DNA of 64,000 nucleotides from an uncultured beta proteobacterium (GCA_963697485.1 CAVOOD010000007.1:190611-254610); one strand, 5' to 3'; shown: positions 41,697 to 52,297, counted from the stretch's first letter. The notes: a model not told the origin generated them from the letters alone. Made by a program: numbers and translations.

Positions 41697-42256
41697 CCGG
41701 TGTCCTCGCGCAGCTGAGGAGACAGGTCGGCGAGCTCGGCGCGCAGTTTGTTCGTCGCGTAGCGCAGGCGGCTCTTGACCGTCTCGACGCCGACGCCGGT
41801 CAGCGCCGCGATTTCTTCGAGCGTCAGTCCGCCCTCCTGCTGCAGCAGAAAGGCGTCGCGCTGCGCAGCCGGAAGCGCGGCCACCGCATCCCTGAGCCGC
41901 GCGCCGAGCTCGCGGTTGAGCGCGCGCGACTCCGGCTCGCTGCGGCGGCTCGCAGGCAGCGCGGCGACGACGTCGGCGTGATTTTCGTCGTCGGTCGAGA
42001 CGAGCGTGACACGACCGCTGGCGCGATGATGGTCGATCAGGCGGTTGTGCGCGAGCGTGTACAGCCAGGTCGTGAATTTGGCGCTGGGCTGGTAGCTCGC
42101 GCGCACGCGGATCAGATTCATCCACACGTCCTGGAAAAGTTGCTCGGCGATGCCGGCGTCGCGGCATTGGCGCAGCAGATAGCGATAGACGCCGCCCTTG
42201 TGCCGCGCATAGAGCGCATCGAATGCCGCGGCATCGCCGGCGGCATAGGCGAGCAT
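41693..42256 (-). CDS. ECF (group IV) sigma-70 family RNA polymerase sigma factor
   Basis: Region 2 is FDALYARHKGGVYRYL..AEQLFQDVWMNL and WLYTLAHNRLIDHHR. Region 4 is LPAAQRDAFLLQQEGGLTLEEIAALTGVGVETVKSRLRYA. The true start may lie slightly upstream. Confidence 0.88.
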   Translation of the reverse strand: MLAYAAGDAAAFDALYARHKGGVYRYLLRQCRDAGIAEQLFQDVWMNLIRVRASYQPSAKFTTWLYTLAHNRLIDHHRASGRVTLVSTDDENHADVVAALPASRRSEPESRALNRELGARLRDAVAALPAAQRDAFLLQQEGGLTLEEIAALTGVGVETVKSRLRYATNKLRAELADLSPQLREDTG

Positions 42257-42443
42257 CAAGTGTTCGTCGCTGGAATCGGCACGCGTCGCGCATCGCGCGG
42301 CCAGTATGCCCGCCGCTTGCGCGCGCAACAACCGCCCGCCATCGCTGGAGGCCGCGCGAGACACGCTGCGCGACTGTCTGCATCCGGCGCGGCCGCCGCC
42401 CGGCCGCCGAACCGCGCGTGCGACGGCCGCGAGACTTCCGAAT

Positions 42444-43273
42444 TCAGTGCGGGTCCGGCGTGAATCGGCCGCGATCGGGAAACGGATCGGGCTGCCAGCG
42501 CGCGACGCGCGGCGCGCCGACCGGCACGCCCTGCGCCAGCAGATTCTGGTACGAGTCGTAGTAGATCGTGATCGTCTGCTCGGGCACCGTGCTGGCGCGC
42601 TCGAACTGGGTGTAGCTCGCGTACGACGATTCGCTGCGGCCATGCCCGGTGCCGAGGCTCGGCTGCGGCGCGGCCTGCCGCTTCGGAATTCAGCGCGCCA
42701 GCGCCGGCGGGCTTGGCGGCCTTGGCCATCGGCTCGGCGGCATCGCGCGCGGCTTCGCGGCGATCCAGCCGTTCCAGCGGCTGCTCGACCACCCGGCGCG
42801 GCCGCTCGCGGAACACGGCGACGCCGATCACGCCGACGTTGTCCGGCCGGCCGGTGCGCGCCGCGTACGAATCGGGCAGCGTCGTGAAGTAGAACGCCGC
42901 GGTGTTCGACATGCTCTTGCGCCATCCGGCGATGTCGGCGCTTTCGTACGGCGAAAGCACGTAGCCGGTCTGCGCCGTCGACGCGGTGTCGCCCGAGATC
43001 GCGTTGACGCCGTCGACGCTCATCACGGTGAGCACCCGCCCGCCGCTCTGGTTGCGCACGCGGATCGCGTATTCGTTGCCCGGCTTGCCGACGACATAGC
43101 GCCGGCCCTGATACATGTAGCTCGGCAGCACGCGGCCTTCGGTGCGGTCGTAGATTTCGACGGCCGCGGGCTCGGCACGGCCAGTGCGCTTCGACGGTGG
43201 CGCAGGCGCCGAGCAAGGTCGCACCGACGGCCGCGGCGACCAGCGTCGCCAGTACGTTTCCGATTCGCTTCAT
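42444..43273 (-). pseudogene. Conserved lipoprotein of unknown function upstream of the ECF sigma gene, at least 3 frame breaks
   Basis: Lipobox LLGAC, then VLPSYMYQGRRYVVGKPGNEYAIRVRNQSGGRVLTVMSVDGVNAISG... The C-terminus GTGHGRSESSYASYTQFERASTVPEQTITIYYDSYQNLLAQGV can be read in another frame and stops at 42444. Confidence 0.6.
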
Positions 43274-43385
43274 CGCTGTCTCCTGTTTGCCGCTCGAAAG
43301 TCGCGGTCCAGGACTGTAAACGCGCGGCGGCCGCGCAACGGGGTTAACCGGATGCGCCGAAACGTGCATGCGATAATCGCCGGTC

Positions 43386-44516
43386 ATGCCGGATTCGAGC
43401 CATCTTCCTGCACTCGTCGCCTGGCTCGCCTTCGCGCTGGCCTTTGTCTTCGGCGCGGTCGCCAACCGGGTCAACTTCTGCACGATGGGCGCGATCACCG
43501 ACATCGTGCACATCGGCGACTGGCGCCGGATGCGCATGTGGCTGCTCGCGATCGCCGTCGCGATCGCCGGCGCGGCGTCGCTGGAAGCGGCGGGCCTCGT
43601 CGACTTGTCGAAGACGATCTATACGACGCCGCGGATCGCCTGGCTGTCGTACCTGGTCGGCGGATTCCTGTTCGGCTTCGGCATGACCCTTGCTTCGGGT
43701 TGCGGCAGCAAGACGCTGATCCGGCTCGGCGGTGGAAGCCTCAAGTCCCTGATGGTGTTGATCGTGCTGGCGATATCGGCCTACATGACGCTGAAGGGCT
43801 TGTTCGCCGTCTGGCGCGTCAACACGCTGGACCTCGTGCGCTGGGACATCGCCCCGCTGGGCATCGCGCGCTCCGACCTGGGCAGCTTTGCCGACGCGTC
43901 TGGGCGGCGGCGGCGCGGCGATCCGGCTTGGCCGTCGCGCTGGCGATCGCGGCGGCGATCGCGGTATTCGTGTTCGCCAGCCGCGATTTCCGCAGCAGCC
44001 GCGAGCTCGCGATCGGCGGCATCGTCATCGGCGCGGTGATCGTCGGCGGATGGTACGTGTCGGGTCATATCGGCTACGTCGCCGAGGATCCGAGGACGCT
44101 GGAAGAAGCGTTTGTCGCCACCAATTCCGGACGCGCCGAGTCGTTCAGCTTTGTCGCGCCGGCGGCCTATTTGCTGGAACTATTGCTGTTGTGGAGCGAT
44201 CAGTCCAAGCTCGTCACCTTCGGCATTGCCGGCGTGCTCGGCGTGGCGGCGGGATCGGCGGCCATGGCGCTTGCGACGCGGGGCGTTCCGCTGGGAGGGC
44301 TTCGCCTCGACCGAGGACCTTGTCAACCATATCGTCGGCGGAGTGTTAATGGGATTTGGCGGCGTCACGGCGCTCGGATGCACGATCGGCCAGGGGCTGA
44401 CCGGCATTTCGACCCTGGCGCTGGGATCGTTCCTGGCCTTCGGGGCGATCATCGCCGGGTGCGTGGCGGCGTCGAAGTACCAGTATTGGCGGGTGGAAAG
44501 CGTTTCCGCCGCATGA
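43386..44516 (+). pseudogene. YeeE/YedE-family sulfur-compound transport membrane protein, 2 frame breaks (near 43905 and 44290)
   Basis: It has the two characteristic Cys loops FGFGMTLASGCGSK and GFGGVTALGCTIGQG. Three consecutive ORF-track pieces (43386.., 43184..44530 frame, 44112..44516) join into one protein. Confidence 0.8.
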
Positions 44517-44526
44517 AAGCGCTGCA

Positions 44527-44970
44527 ATGATTGTTTACGACCTGGTTTGCGCGCAGCAGCATCGGTTCGAGGGCTGGTTCGCCTCGACCGAGGATTACGC
44601 GCGCCAGCACGAGCAGACGATGATTCGTTGCCCGGTGTGCGACGACGCCGCGATCGAGCGCCGGCCTTCGGCCAACGTGCAGGTCGGACGCGCTGCGATG
44701 CCCGCAGACGAACGTCAAACTGAAACTCAAACTGAAACCGAAACGATCACCTCCGGCGAAGCCGAGGCGCTGAAGCTGATGCGGCGCCTGGTGGCCAACG
44801 CCGAGAACGTCGGACGCGCCTTCCCCGAGGAAGCGCGCAAGATCCACTACGACGAAGCGCCGAAGCGAGGCATTCGCGGCCAGGCGTCGCCCGAGGAAGC
44901 CGAATCGCTGCGCGACGAAGGCATCGACTTCATGTCGCTGCCCGGTTTCCTGACGCGCGATCTGAACTAG
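44527..44970 (+). CDS. DUF1178-family zinc-ribbon protein
   Basis: MIVYDLVCAQQHRFEGWFAS...IRCPVCDDAAIERRPS is typical of the family. Confidence 0.75.
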   Translation: MIVYDLVCAQQHRFEGWFASTEDYARQHEQTMIRCPVCDDAAIERRPSANVQVGRAAMPADERQTETQTETETITSGEAEALKLMRRLVANAENVGRAFPEEARKIHYDEAPKRGIRGQASPEEAESLRDEGIDFMSLPGFLTRDLN

Positions 44971-45012
44971 CGCCGCGCAGTCTTTTTCCGTCGGCGCAAA
45001 CGCGCGCTCGCC

Positions 45013-45042
45013 TTTGCGGGAGCGCGCGAGATTCGCTATAAT
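45013..45042 (+). promoter_or_regulatory. Candidate sigma-70 promoter of tRNA-Lys(UUU)
   Basis: A perfect TATAAT at 45037-45042 lies 11 nt before the mature tRNA 5' end. tttgcg at 45013-45018 gives 18-nt spacing. Confidence 0.45.
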
Positions 45043-45053
45043 CCGCGCCCTTT

Positions 45054-45129
45054 GGGTCGTTAGCTCAGTTGGTAGAGCAGCGGACTTTTAATCCGTTGGT
45101 CACTGGTTCGAGTCCAGTACGGCCTACCA
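45054..45129 (+). tRNA. tRNA-Lys (anticodon UUU)
   Basis: 76 nt, gggtcgttagctcagttggtagagc..., anticodon loop ct-TTT-aa, T-arm ggttcgagtcc, encoded CCA end. Confidence 0.93.
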
Positions 45130-45179
45130 GTAACATCAGTAGGTTGAGCTGGCTCTGCAGCGCGGGGAGCGCTCGCTGA

Positions 45180-45362
45180 TCAGCTGCTGCCCGCGACTCT
45201 GGCCCACTCGCCGGCCTGCACTCGAGCGATGCGGCGCGGGTTGCCCGAGGCGTCGGGCTTGAACACCAACGCTTCTCCCTCCCTGATATCAGCCACGTCC
45301 TGCCCGAACGCATCCAGAACATTGGTCTTGTGCGTCACGATGATCGTATTGGTCGCTGGCAT
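45180..45362 (-). pseudogene. C-terminal fragment of a histidine-phosphatase-family gene
   Basis: The 60-aa ORF NTIIVTHKTNVLDAFG...GEALVFKP resembles only the C-terminal third of such proteins. No N-terminal part is present between it and the next gene. Confidence 0.4.
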
Positions 45363-45457
45363 CGGCGGTGTCGAAGCCAGATCCGCAACGCTTCACCGTG
45401 GCCCTGACTGCCGCCTCCATCGCCCGCGATCCGCGAATGGGAGCGCGGGCGGTCCGT

Positions 45458-46620
45458 CTAGAACGTTCGTCGCATGAAGTAGGTGCTGGTGGCGCTGATG
45501 AGACCAATGACGAGCATATAGGTCGCGATCAGCCAGGGTTGATCGTTACCGCCGTGCAGCAACGTGGTCGCGATAAGCGGCGTAATCGAGCTGGAGACGA
45601 TCCCCGACACCTGATAGACGACAGAGATCCCGGAATAGCGCACGCGCGTATCGAACAACTCACAGAACAGCGCTGCCTCGGGACCGTATACGGGTGCGTA
45701 GATCACGCCGAGCGCGAGGACGATAGCCGCTCCTGCCAGAACTACGCCGCCGGAGTGCATCATCCAGAACATCGGGAACGCGGCGAGTCCGCAGGCGAGC
45801 GCGCCCCAGCCATAGACGGTGCGGCGCCCGAAGCGGTCCGACCATTTCGCCGCGACCGGTATGGTGAAGATCAGTACGAACGCCGCGGTGGAGATCGCCA
45901 CGAGAACGCTCGTTTTGTCGTAATGCAGCGACCCGACCAGATAGGCGATGGCGAACACCGCGTAGATGTTGAACACGACACCGTCGATCCAGCGCGCACC
46001 CCAGCCGAGCAGGACGTTGGTCTTGTACTCCCGGAAAATCTCACCGACCGGCACGTCGACTATTTTCTTGGCGTTCTTGATGCGGGCGAATTCCGGCGTT
46101 TCGAGAATCCTCAGCCGCACGAAGATTCCGACGGCCACGAGCACGATCGACAGGAGAAACGCGGATCGCCAGCCCCATGACATAAAGGCTTCGTCGGACA
46201 TCGAATAGGACAGCAAGGCGACGACGCCGGTGGCGAGGCACAGTCCGATCGCCAGGCCGACTTGCGGGAAGCAGGCGAAGAAGCCGCGCCGCTCGCGTGG
46301 TGCGTACTCGAACGCCATCAGGACGGCACCGCCCCATTCTTGCGGCCGATCTTGTCGCCGAAGTGTCCGAACAGGATGCCACCGACGGGGCGAGTCACGA
46401 AGCCCATCGCGTAGACCGTGTACGCGAGCATCGTCGCTACGAAAGCGTTATCGGCGGGAAAGAACAGCTTGTTGAAGACGAGTCCGGTGATGGTGCCGTA
46501 CAGAAAGAAGTCATACCACTCGACCGTCGTGCCGATCAGGCTCGCGATGATGACAAGCCTTCTGCTGCGCTCATCGACCTGGGGTACTCCCTGCGGCGGT
46601 GCTGATATTGCTGCTTCCAT
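45458..46620 (-). pseudogene. MFS metabolite:H+ symporter (MHS) family transporter with an internal deletion (junction near 46340)
   Basis: A strong SD gaggagga precedes the ATG at 46620. TVEWYDFFLYG...FGHFGDKIGRK is joined directly, out of frame, to EWGGAVLMAFEYAPRERRGFF. In family members these motifs are separated by roughly 50 residues. Confidence 0.8.
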
Positions 46621-46654
46621 GACTTCCTCCTCTGTTTGACCGGGCTTCCGGCCG

Positions 46655-47775
46655 TTATGCTCCGGCGGCGTTTGACGGATCACAAGCGGACCGCGACCCT
46701 ATGAAATTCTGTCCCCTCGGTCCATCGAGCGCGTCGCTGATCATCCGAAGTGATTCGCTTTCCGGCACGCCATAAGCTTCGAACCGCGTGCGCACGGCGA
46801 GCGCTTCAAGAAACGTCTGCAGATACACCGGCGCCTGCGCGAGCGGGCACGGGAACACTCGAGCGAGGATCCCGTCGCGCTCCGCACTGCAACCAATCGC
46901 GCGCTCGAGCACGAAAGGCAGGGTGAAGGAGCAGGCGATGCCGTGCGGCAAGCCGTAGCGCAGCGTCATTTCGTACGATATCGAATGCGCGAGCGCAGTC
47001 TTGGTGTTGGAAAATGCGAGTCCGGCTTGCAGCGCGGCGAGAGAAGTCGACGTACGCAAGCCGATGTTGTCCGGGTCTTCGACCAGACGCGGTAATGTAT
47101 CCATCATCAGCGTTGCGGACGCCACCGCCAGCGCGTCGGAAACCGGGTTGGCGTTCAGGTTCCAGATGGACTCCAGCGCATGAGACAGTGCGTCGAGGCC
47201 GCTTTGAACGGTCACGGCGTGAGGCAGGGTAATCGTGAGTTCAGGGTCGACGATCGCTCGTTCCGGCCACGTTTCCCGAAGGTGCAGCGAATACTTCCGG
47301 TTGATCGAACGATCCCAGACGGTCGCCCATGGCGTGACCTCGCTGCCGGTTCCGGCCGTCGTGGGGACGGTGATCAACGGTTTCACTTGCCCCGGCTCGA
47401 AGGCTTCGCCGCGTGCGAGCAAGCGCATGAGCTCGCGGAAACCGCCACTCGCCGGCGCAACCATCAGAACCTTGGCGGTGTCGAGCGCGCTACCGCCGCC
47501 GACCGCGACGATCAACTCGCAGGAAGGGTTCTGCTCCCAGAAACGGGCGTGCAGGCGTGCGAGATGCTCGACATCGGGATTGAGCTCGACGTCGGCAATG
47601 ACGCCGAAGCCAGCGCGGGGCCCAGTTGTCGCCGGATCCGATCGGTCAGGCCAAGCGCCGCCGCCTCGGGAAACGTCACGAGGACCGTCTTGCGCCCGCC
47701 GACGGCCTCCGGCAGCCGTTCCAGCGTGCCCAGCCCGAACAGCACGTCGACGGGGTTGTGATAGCGCCAGCTCAC
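46655..47775 (-). pseudogene. Iron-containing (group III) alcohol dehydrogenase, frame break near 47608
   Basis: MSWRYHNPVDVLFGLGTLERL...; AVGGGSALDTAK; VPTTAGTGSEVTPWATVWD; metal ligands in GLDALSHALES and LAHSISYEM. Confidence 0.85.
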
Positions 47776-47991
47776 GCCGATCAGGACCTGCGGAAGTCGA
47801 GTGCGCGCGCGCTGCAGGAGGCGCGCGATCGATTGCGCCTCCGGCCGTCCGCGATGCTGGGCACTCGACGAACCGAATGGGCTGCCCGCTGCGCCACATC
47901 TCCTCCGCCATGCCGACCGATGGACAGAGTATCGGTGCGGGTCTAGTATTCAGCCAATACATTTTCTCGCCAGAATCCATAGCTTTTACCA

Positions 47992-48966
47992 ATGCGACTG
48001 ACCCAGCTTCGTTCCTTCTATGCGGTCGCTCGCCACGGCGGCTTCACTGCGGGGGCCAAGGCGCTGCATATCAGCCAGCCGACGGTCACGACTCAGGTCC
48101 GCGCGCTTGAAGCGAACTATGGCGTCGAGCTTTTCGTGCGCCGTGGACGCAGCGTCATCCTGACCGACGTGGGCCACACTCTATTTACGATGGCGCAGCG
48201 CGTTTTTGCGCAAGAGGAGGAGGCGCTGAATTTTCTTCGCGAGACCGGCGAGTTGCGCACCGGGCGACTGCGAATAGGCGCCGTCGGACCGTTCCATGTG
48301 ATGGAGATGATTTCGGCGTTTCGCCGACGATATCCGAAAGTCGAAGTCTCGATCACGATCGGGAACTCGGAAGAGACGATGCGCGGCCTGCTGGCGTTCG
48401 AGACGGACGTTGCGGTGCTTGCACAGTACGCCAGTGAGCCTCTGTTGCACTCCGTACCCTATAGATCCCATCCTGTCGTGATCTTCGTGCGCAGAGACCA
48501 TCGCCTGGCTGGACGCGAGACCATCCGCATCGAGGAATTGGCCGATGAAGACCTGATCATGCGGGAACCAGGCTCTACGACGCGCAAGGCTTTGGAGGAT
48601 GCACTGCGCGCCGCGGGCGTGAAACCGCGACTTGCAATGGAAATCGGTAGCCGCGAAGCCGTGCGCGAAGCGGTGATCCGCGGGCTGGGCATTTCCGCAG
48701 TGTCGGAATTCGAATTCGTCGCGGATCCATGCCTGCACGCGATCAAAATCACCGGCGCGAAGGTCACGACACATGCCCATGTCGCCTGTTTGCAAGAGCG
48801 ACGGCAGGTACGCATCGTCAACGCGTTCTTTGACGTGATCGACGAAATCTTGAAACGCGGGAGAGATCGGGGGTTGCCGCGCCGGACGTCGGCGGGTACA
48901 ATTCCAGCGAAGGTAGCGCCACGTATTCGAGCGATTTCCGGCAAGCCTTCCATATCGGGTCGTTAG
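47992..48966 (+). CDS. LysR-family transcriptional regulator (divergent from the dehydrogenase-MFS pair)
   Basis: HTH MRLTQLRSFYAVARHGGFTAGAKALHISQPTVTTQVRALE. The last ~25 residues look like read-through, and the stop codon lies inside the tRNA-Lys(CUU) gene. Confidence 0.88.
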   Translation: MRLTQLRSFYAVARHGGFTAGAKALHISQPTVTTQVRALEANYGVELFVRRGRSVILTDVGHTLFTMAQRVFAQEEEALNFLRETGELRTGRLRIGAVGPFHVMEMISAFRRRYPKVEVSITIGNSEETMRGLLAFETDVAVLAQYASEPLLHSVPYRSHPVVIFVRRDHRLAGRETIRIEELADEDLIMREPGSTTRKALEDALRAAGVKPRLAMEIGSREAVREAVIRGLGISAVSEFEFVADPCLHAIKITGAKVTTHAHVACLQERRQVRIVNAFFDVIDEILKRGRDRGLPRRTSAGTIPAKVAPRIRAISGKPSISGR

Positions 48967-49032
48967 CTCAGCTGGTAGAGCAGCGGACTCTTAATCCGTT
49001 GGTCGTAGGTTCGATCCCTACACGGCCTACCA
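48957..49032 (+). tRNA. tRNA-Lys (anticodon CUU)
   Basis: 76 nt, gggtcgttagctcagctggtagagc..., anticodon loop ct-CTT-aa, T-arm ggttcgatccc, encoded CCA. Confidence 0.93.
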
Positions 49033-49039
49033 TTCAAAT

Positions 49040-49078
49040 GCGGTTAGTGACGACAACGGTCACTAACCGCTTTGTTTT
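49040..49078 (+). terminator. Intrinsic terminator of tRNA-Lys(CUU)
   Basis: Perfect 12-bp stem gcggttagtgac/gtcactaaccgc, 7-nt loop, then tttgtttt. Confidence 0.85.
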
Positions 49079-49123
49079 GGGGTTACCCAAGTTTCACCGG
49101 TTACGGATCCGACCGTTAATCAT

Positions 49124-50419
49124 TTGGGAGCAGCGGTGGCGGAAAGCAATCCCCCCAGCCTGTACCGCATAACGACGGACGCCGACAAGGCTTTGCAAGC
49201 GCGCGACTATCACACGGCCGTCCGCCTCTACACGGAGGCGTTAACGCGGACTTCCGTTCAAAGCTACCAGCGCGCTGCCATACTCAGCAATCTGGGTCTT
49301 GCCTGGCAGAACCTCAACCAAGGCGAAAAAGCGACGGCCTGCTTCGAAGACGCTGTCGCGGCGAATCCGAATCTCGCATCGGCACGGATTAGCCTGGGGA
49401 ACACCTATGCGCTGCGCGGGTTGCATGCGGAAGCGCTGCAGCAGTATGACCGAGCCCTGGTACTCGATCCTGCGAGCGCCGTCACTCATACCAACCGGGC
49501 GCTGAGCCTGGAGGCCCTGGGGCGGATCGAGGAAGCCTGGAAGGAATCGGAATGGCGCTACTCTCTTCCCACGGCAACATCGTTCTATCCCCATCGCTAC
49601 GCGAAGCCCAGGTGGAAGGGTGAGCCGTTACGCGGCCAGACTCTCCTTGTGCATCGGGAGCAGGGCCTGGGCGACGTCATTCAATATCTTCGCTTTCTGC
49701 CGCTCCTCGAGCGCTTCGATGCATCGGTCAAATTCGAGTGTCCGCAGCCGCTTGTGCAGCTGATCTCGCCAACGCTCCGACTCGAAGTGATTCCGGCAGA
49801 AGCGCGGCCGGTTCCGGAAGACCTTTTCGATTGTTACATCCCTTTGCTCAGCTTGCCGCATGCGCTCAAATTCAGCGCCATAGACCTTCCGAAGACTTGT
49901 CCCTACTTGTCACGCAGGCTGACAGGAGAAGCGAAACAGTCCCCCGAGCGGGAAACTTTGAAGATCGGCTTCGTCTGGTCCGGCAGCGCGTTCAATCGAA
50001 CGCGCAACGCGGAGCTCTCGGATTTCCTGCCTCTGGTCCGTTTGAATGCGGCGCTCGTTTCTCTGCAAAAGGAAGTCAGTGATCCGGAACGCCGCCAGAT
50101 GTTGGTACACGGCATCGAGAACCCTGGCGTTGCGTTTCGAAACTTTGGCGACACACGCGATGCGATCGTGGCGCTGGACGTCGTCGTCGCGGTCGATACG
50201 GCAGTCGCTCACCTGGCGGGAGCCTTGGGAAAGCGCACGTGGCTGCTTCTGAATGAACCTGCGGCCGTTCGATGGATGATGAATCGCGCCGACAGTCCAT
50301 GGTATCCGACGATGCGCATCCGCCGCAGGCGGGAGAGTCAATCGTGGGCGGACATGATCACCGGCGTGGCGAGCGAGATCGAGAAAGAGACGGCGCTCGC
50401 GTCTCCGCCCCGTGATTAG
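49124..50419 (+). CDS. TPR-repeat protein fused to a glycosyltransferase family 9 (heptosyltransferase)-like domain
   Basis: N-terminal TPRs (AILSNLGLAWQNLNQGEKA..., LGNTYALRGLHAEAL...). The C-terminal part has REQGLGDVIQYLRFLP and VDTAVAHLAGALGKRTWLLL, typical of GT9-like domains. GC content is visibly lower than in the flanks. Confidence 0.7.
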   Translation: MGAAVAESNPPSLYRITTDADKALQARDYHTAVRLYTEALTRTSVQSYQRAAILSNLGLAWQNLNQGEKATACFEDAVAANPNLASARISLGNTYALRGLHAEALQQYDRALVLDPASAVTHTNRALSLEALGRIEEAWKESEWRYSLPTATSFYPHRYAKPRWKGEPLRGQTLLVHREQGLGDVIQYLRFLPLLERFDASVKFECPQPLVQLISPTLRLEVIPAEARPVPEDLFDCYIPLLSLPHALKFSAIDLPKTCPYLSRRLTGEAKQSPERETLKIGFVWSGSAFNRTRNAELSDFLPLVRLNAALVSLQKEVSDPERRQMLVHGIENPGVAFRNFGDTRDAIVALDVVVAVDTAVAHLAGALGKRTWLLLNEPAAVRWMMNRADSPWYPTMRIRRRRESQSWADMITGVASEIEKETALASPPRD

Positions 50420-50438
50420 GAAGTGTACGGACGACGGG

Positions 50439-50485
50439 GCGGACTCCTAGTCCGTTGGTCGTGGTTCGATCCCTACACGCCTGCC
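50439..50485 (+). pseudogene. Decayed 3' half of a tRNA-Lys(CUU)-like gene
   Basis: gcggactcctagtccgttggtcgtggttcgatccctacacgcctgcc aligns with the anticodon stem to acceptor 3' strand of the tRNA at 48957, with a few mismatches or indels. It is followed by a degenerate copy of the same terminator (ggttag..ctaaccgc..ttttgcttttt). Confidence 0.75.
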
Positions 50486-50680
50486 GATCCGAAGGGTTAG
50501 CCTAACCGCGAGCCATTTTGCTTTTTGGACCGCGACAAAGACGTGTCAACCCGCCTTCGTGAGCGCTCGCTCGAAGGCCAACTTCCGCACGATGCCCCCG
50601 GCGGTTAGAATAATGGCCGGGGAAGCATCGGGACGGCAACGGCGAGCAGGCCGCCATGCGTAAATCGAGGGAGACCTAGC

Positions 50681-52297
50681 ATGACAGGGCTAAAGCGATT
50701 GGGCGGGGTTACATTTCATCACGCGGGGGCGTTCTGGTTCGGCGTGGTGGCGGTGACGGCCGGCGTCGTTGCGCATATCCCGATGTACCTGATGGGCGAG
50801 AACATCGGGTACCGCCTGGTCGGCATGCCGATGGACATGCCGATGATCATCGGCATGGTCGCGATCGTCGTCGGCCTGATCGTCGAGCTTGTACGGGCTC
50901 TATCCGCGCTCGGCAGAGGATACGGCGCGCGCCGTATCCCGCATCCGCGTCAGCGCTCTCGACGACGCGCCGCTCAACCTGACTCACGTCGGGCTGCTAC
51001 TTGCGATGGCGCTGGCCGTCATCATCGACATCATGAAGCCGACGGCGCTTGCGTTCGTGATGCCGGGCATGTCTATGGAATACGGATTGAAGTCGCCGCT
51101 CAATCCCGGCGGCAGCATTCCGGTGGCGTATGTCGCGCTCTCGGGAATCACGGGCACCGTTCTTGGGTCATTCCTCTGGGGCTGGTTGGGGGACCGGATC
51201 GGGCGGCGCGCTTCGATCCTGTACGCCGGCATCGCTTTCATTGCCACGTCGATCTGCGGCGCGATGCCCGACTTCTCCTGGAATTTGGTGATGTGCTTCA
51301 TGATGGGGTTGGCCGTCGGCGGCATGCTGCCGATCTGCTACGCGCTGCTTGCCGAAGCGATTCCCGCGCGTCACCGGGGCTGGCTGATGATACTGATCGG
51401 CGCCGACATCGCTGGCGGCTACATCATTACCAGCTGGCTTGCCGCGTCACTGGTGCCGACGTACAGCTGGCGGATTCTGTGGCTCATCGGCATGCCGACG
51501 GGCGTGGTATTCATCCTGCTCAACCGCTGGATTCCCGAGTCGCCGCGGTTTCTGCTCGCCGTCGGGCGCGAGGACGAGGCGCGGGCCGTGATGGCGCGCT
51601 ACGGCGCCCGCGTCGTCGAGGGCAGCGCAGTCCGAGACGGCGGTCGAAGCCAAGGTCCACAGTCGCTGGAGCGAGCTGATCAGCCCCGGATTCCTGCGGC
51701 CGACGCTCGTCGTCGGTTGTCTTGCGCTGGGCTCGGGTCTGGTCTTGTTCGGCTTCAACCTGTGGATTCCGACCAACCTGCGCAAGCTGGGCTTTACCGA
51801 GGCCGACTCGATTCTGCGCAACGCGGCGCTGATCGGCTTTCCGCTGACATTTCGTCGTCGCGTGGATGTACGGTTTCTGGAGCAGCCGAAACACGATCAT
51901 CGTCCTGTCGTCATTGACGGCCGCGTCGCTTTTCGGCTTTGTCGTTGCCGGAGACGCCGTCGTGCAGCATCGCTGGCTGCTTTATGTGCTGCTCGTGGTG
52001 CCGATCTGGGGAATCAGCTCGGTCGTCGCGGTGTTGTCGGTCTACAGCTCGGAGATCTATCCGACGCGCATCCGATCGCACGGGACGGGGTTTGCCGCCG
52101 GCGCGAGCAAGGCGGGCGGCGTCGCGATCATCGCGCTGGTGGTCTTCGGAATCGCTGCGCCATCGATCTCGACGGTCGCCCTCATGGGAGCCATCCCGAT
52201 GGCGCTCGCCGTGCTGCTCGCGGTGCGTTACGGCGTGGAGACGCGCAGGCGCAGTCTGGAAGAGATCACTGCGGAAGAGCTTGCGCGCGCGGGCTGA
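50681..52297 (+). pseudogene. MFS transporter, about 3 frame breaks (near 50885, 51640, 51855)
   Basis: WGWLGDRIGRR, GGMLPICYALLAEAIPARHRGW, WRILWLIGMPTG, PESPRFL and SSEIYPTRIRSHGTGFAAGASKAGG are spread over four ORF-track pieces. Confidence 0.8.

Noticed and set aside
44716-44745. caaactgaaact-type tandem repeat inside the DUF1178 gene (QTETQTETET)
   Set aside because: It is a short, in-frame, imperfect repeat of 2.5 units in a linker region. Nothing suggests a function beyond low-complexity expansion.
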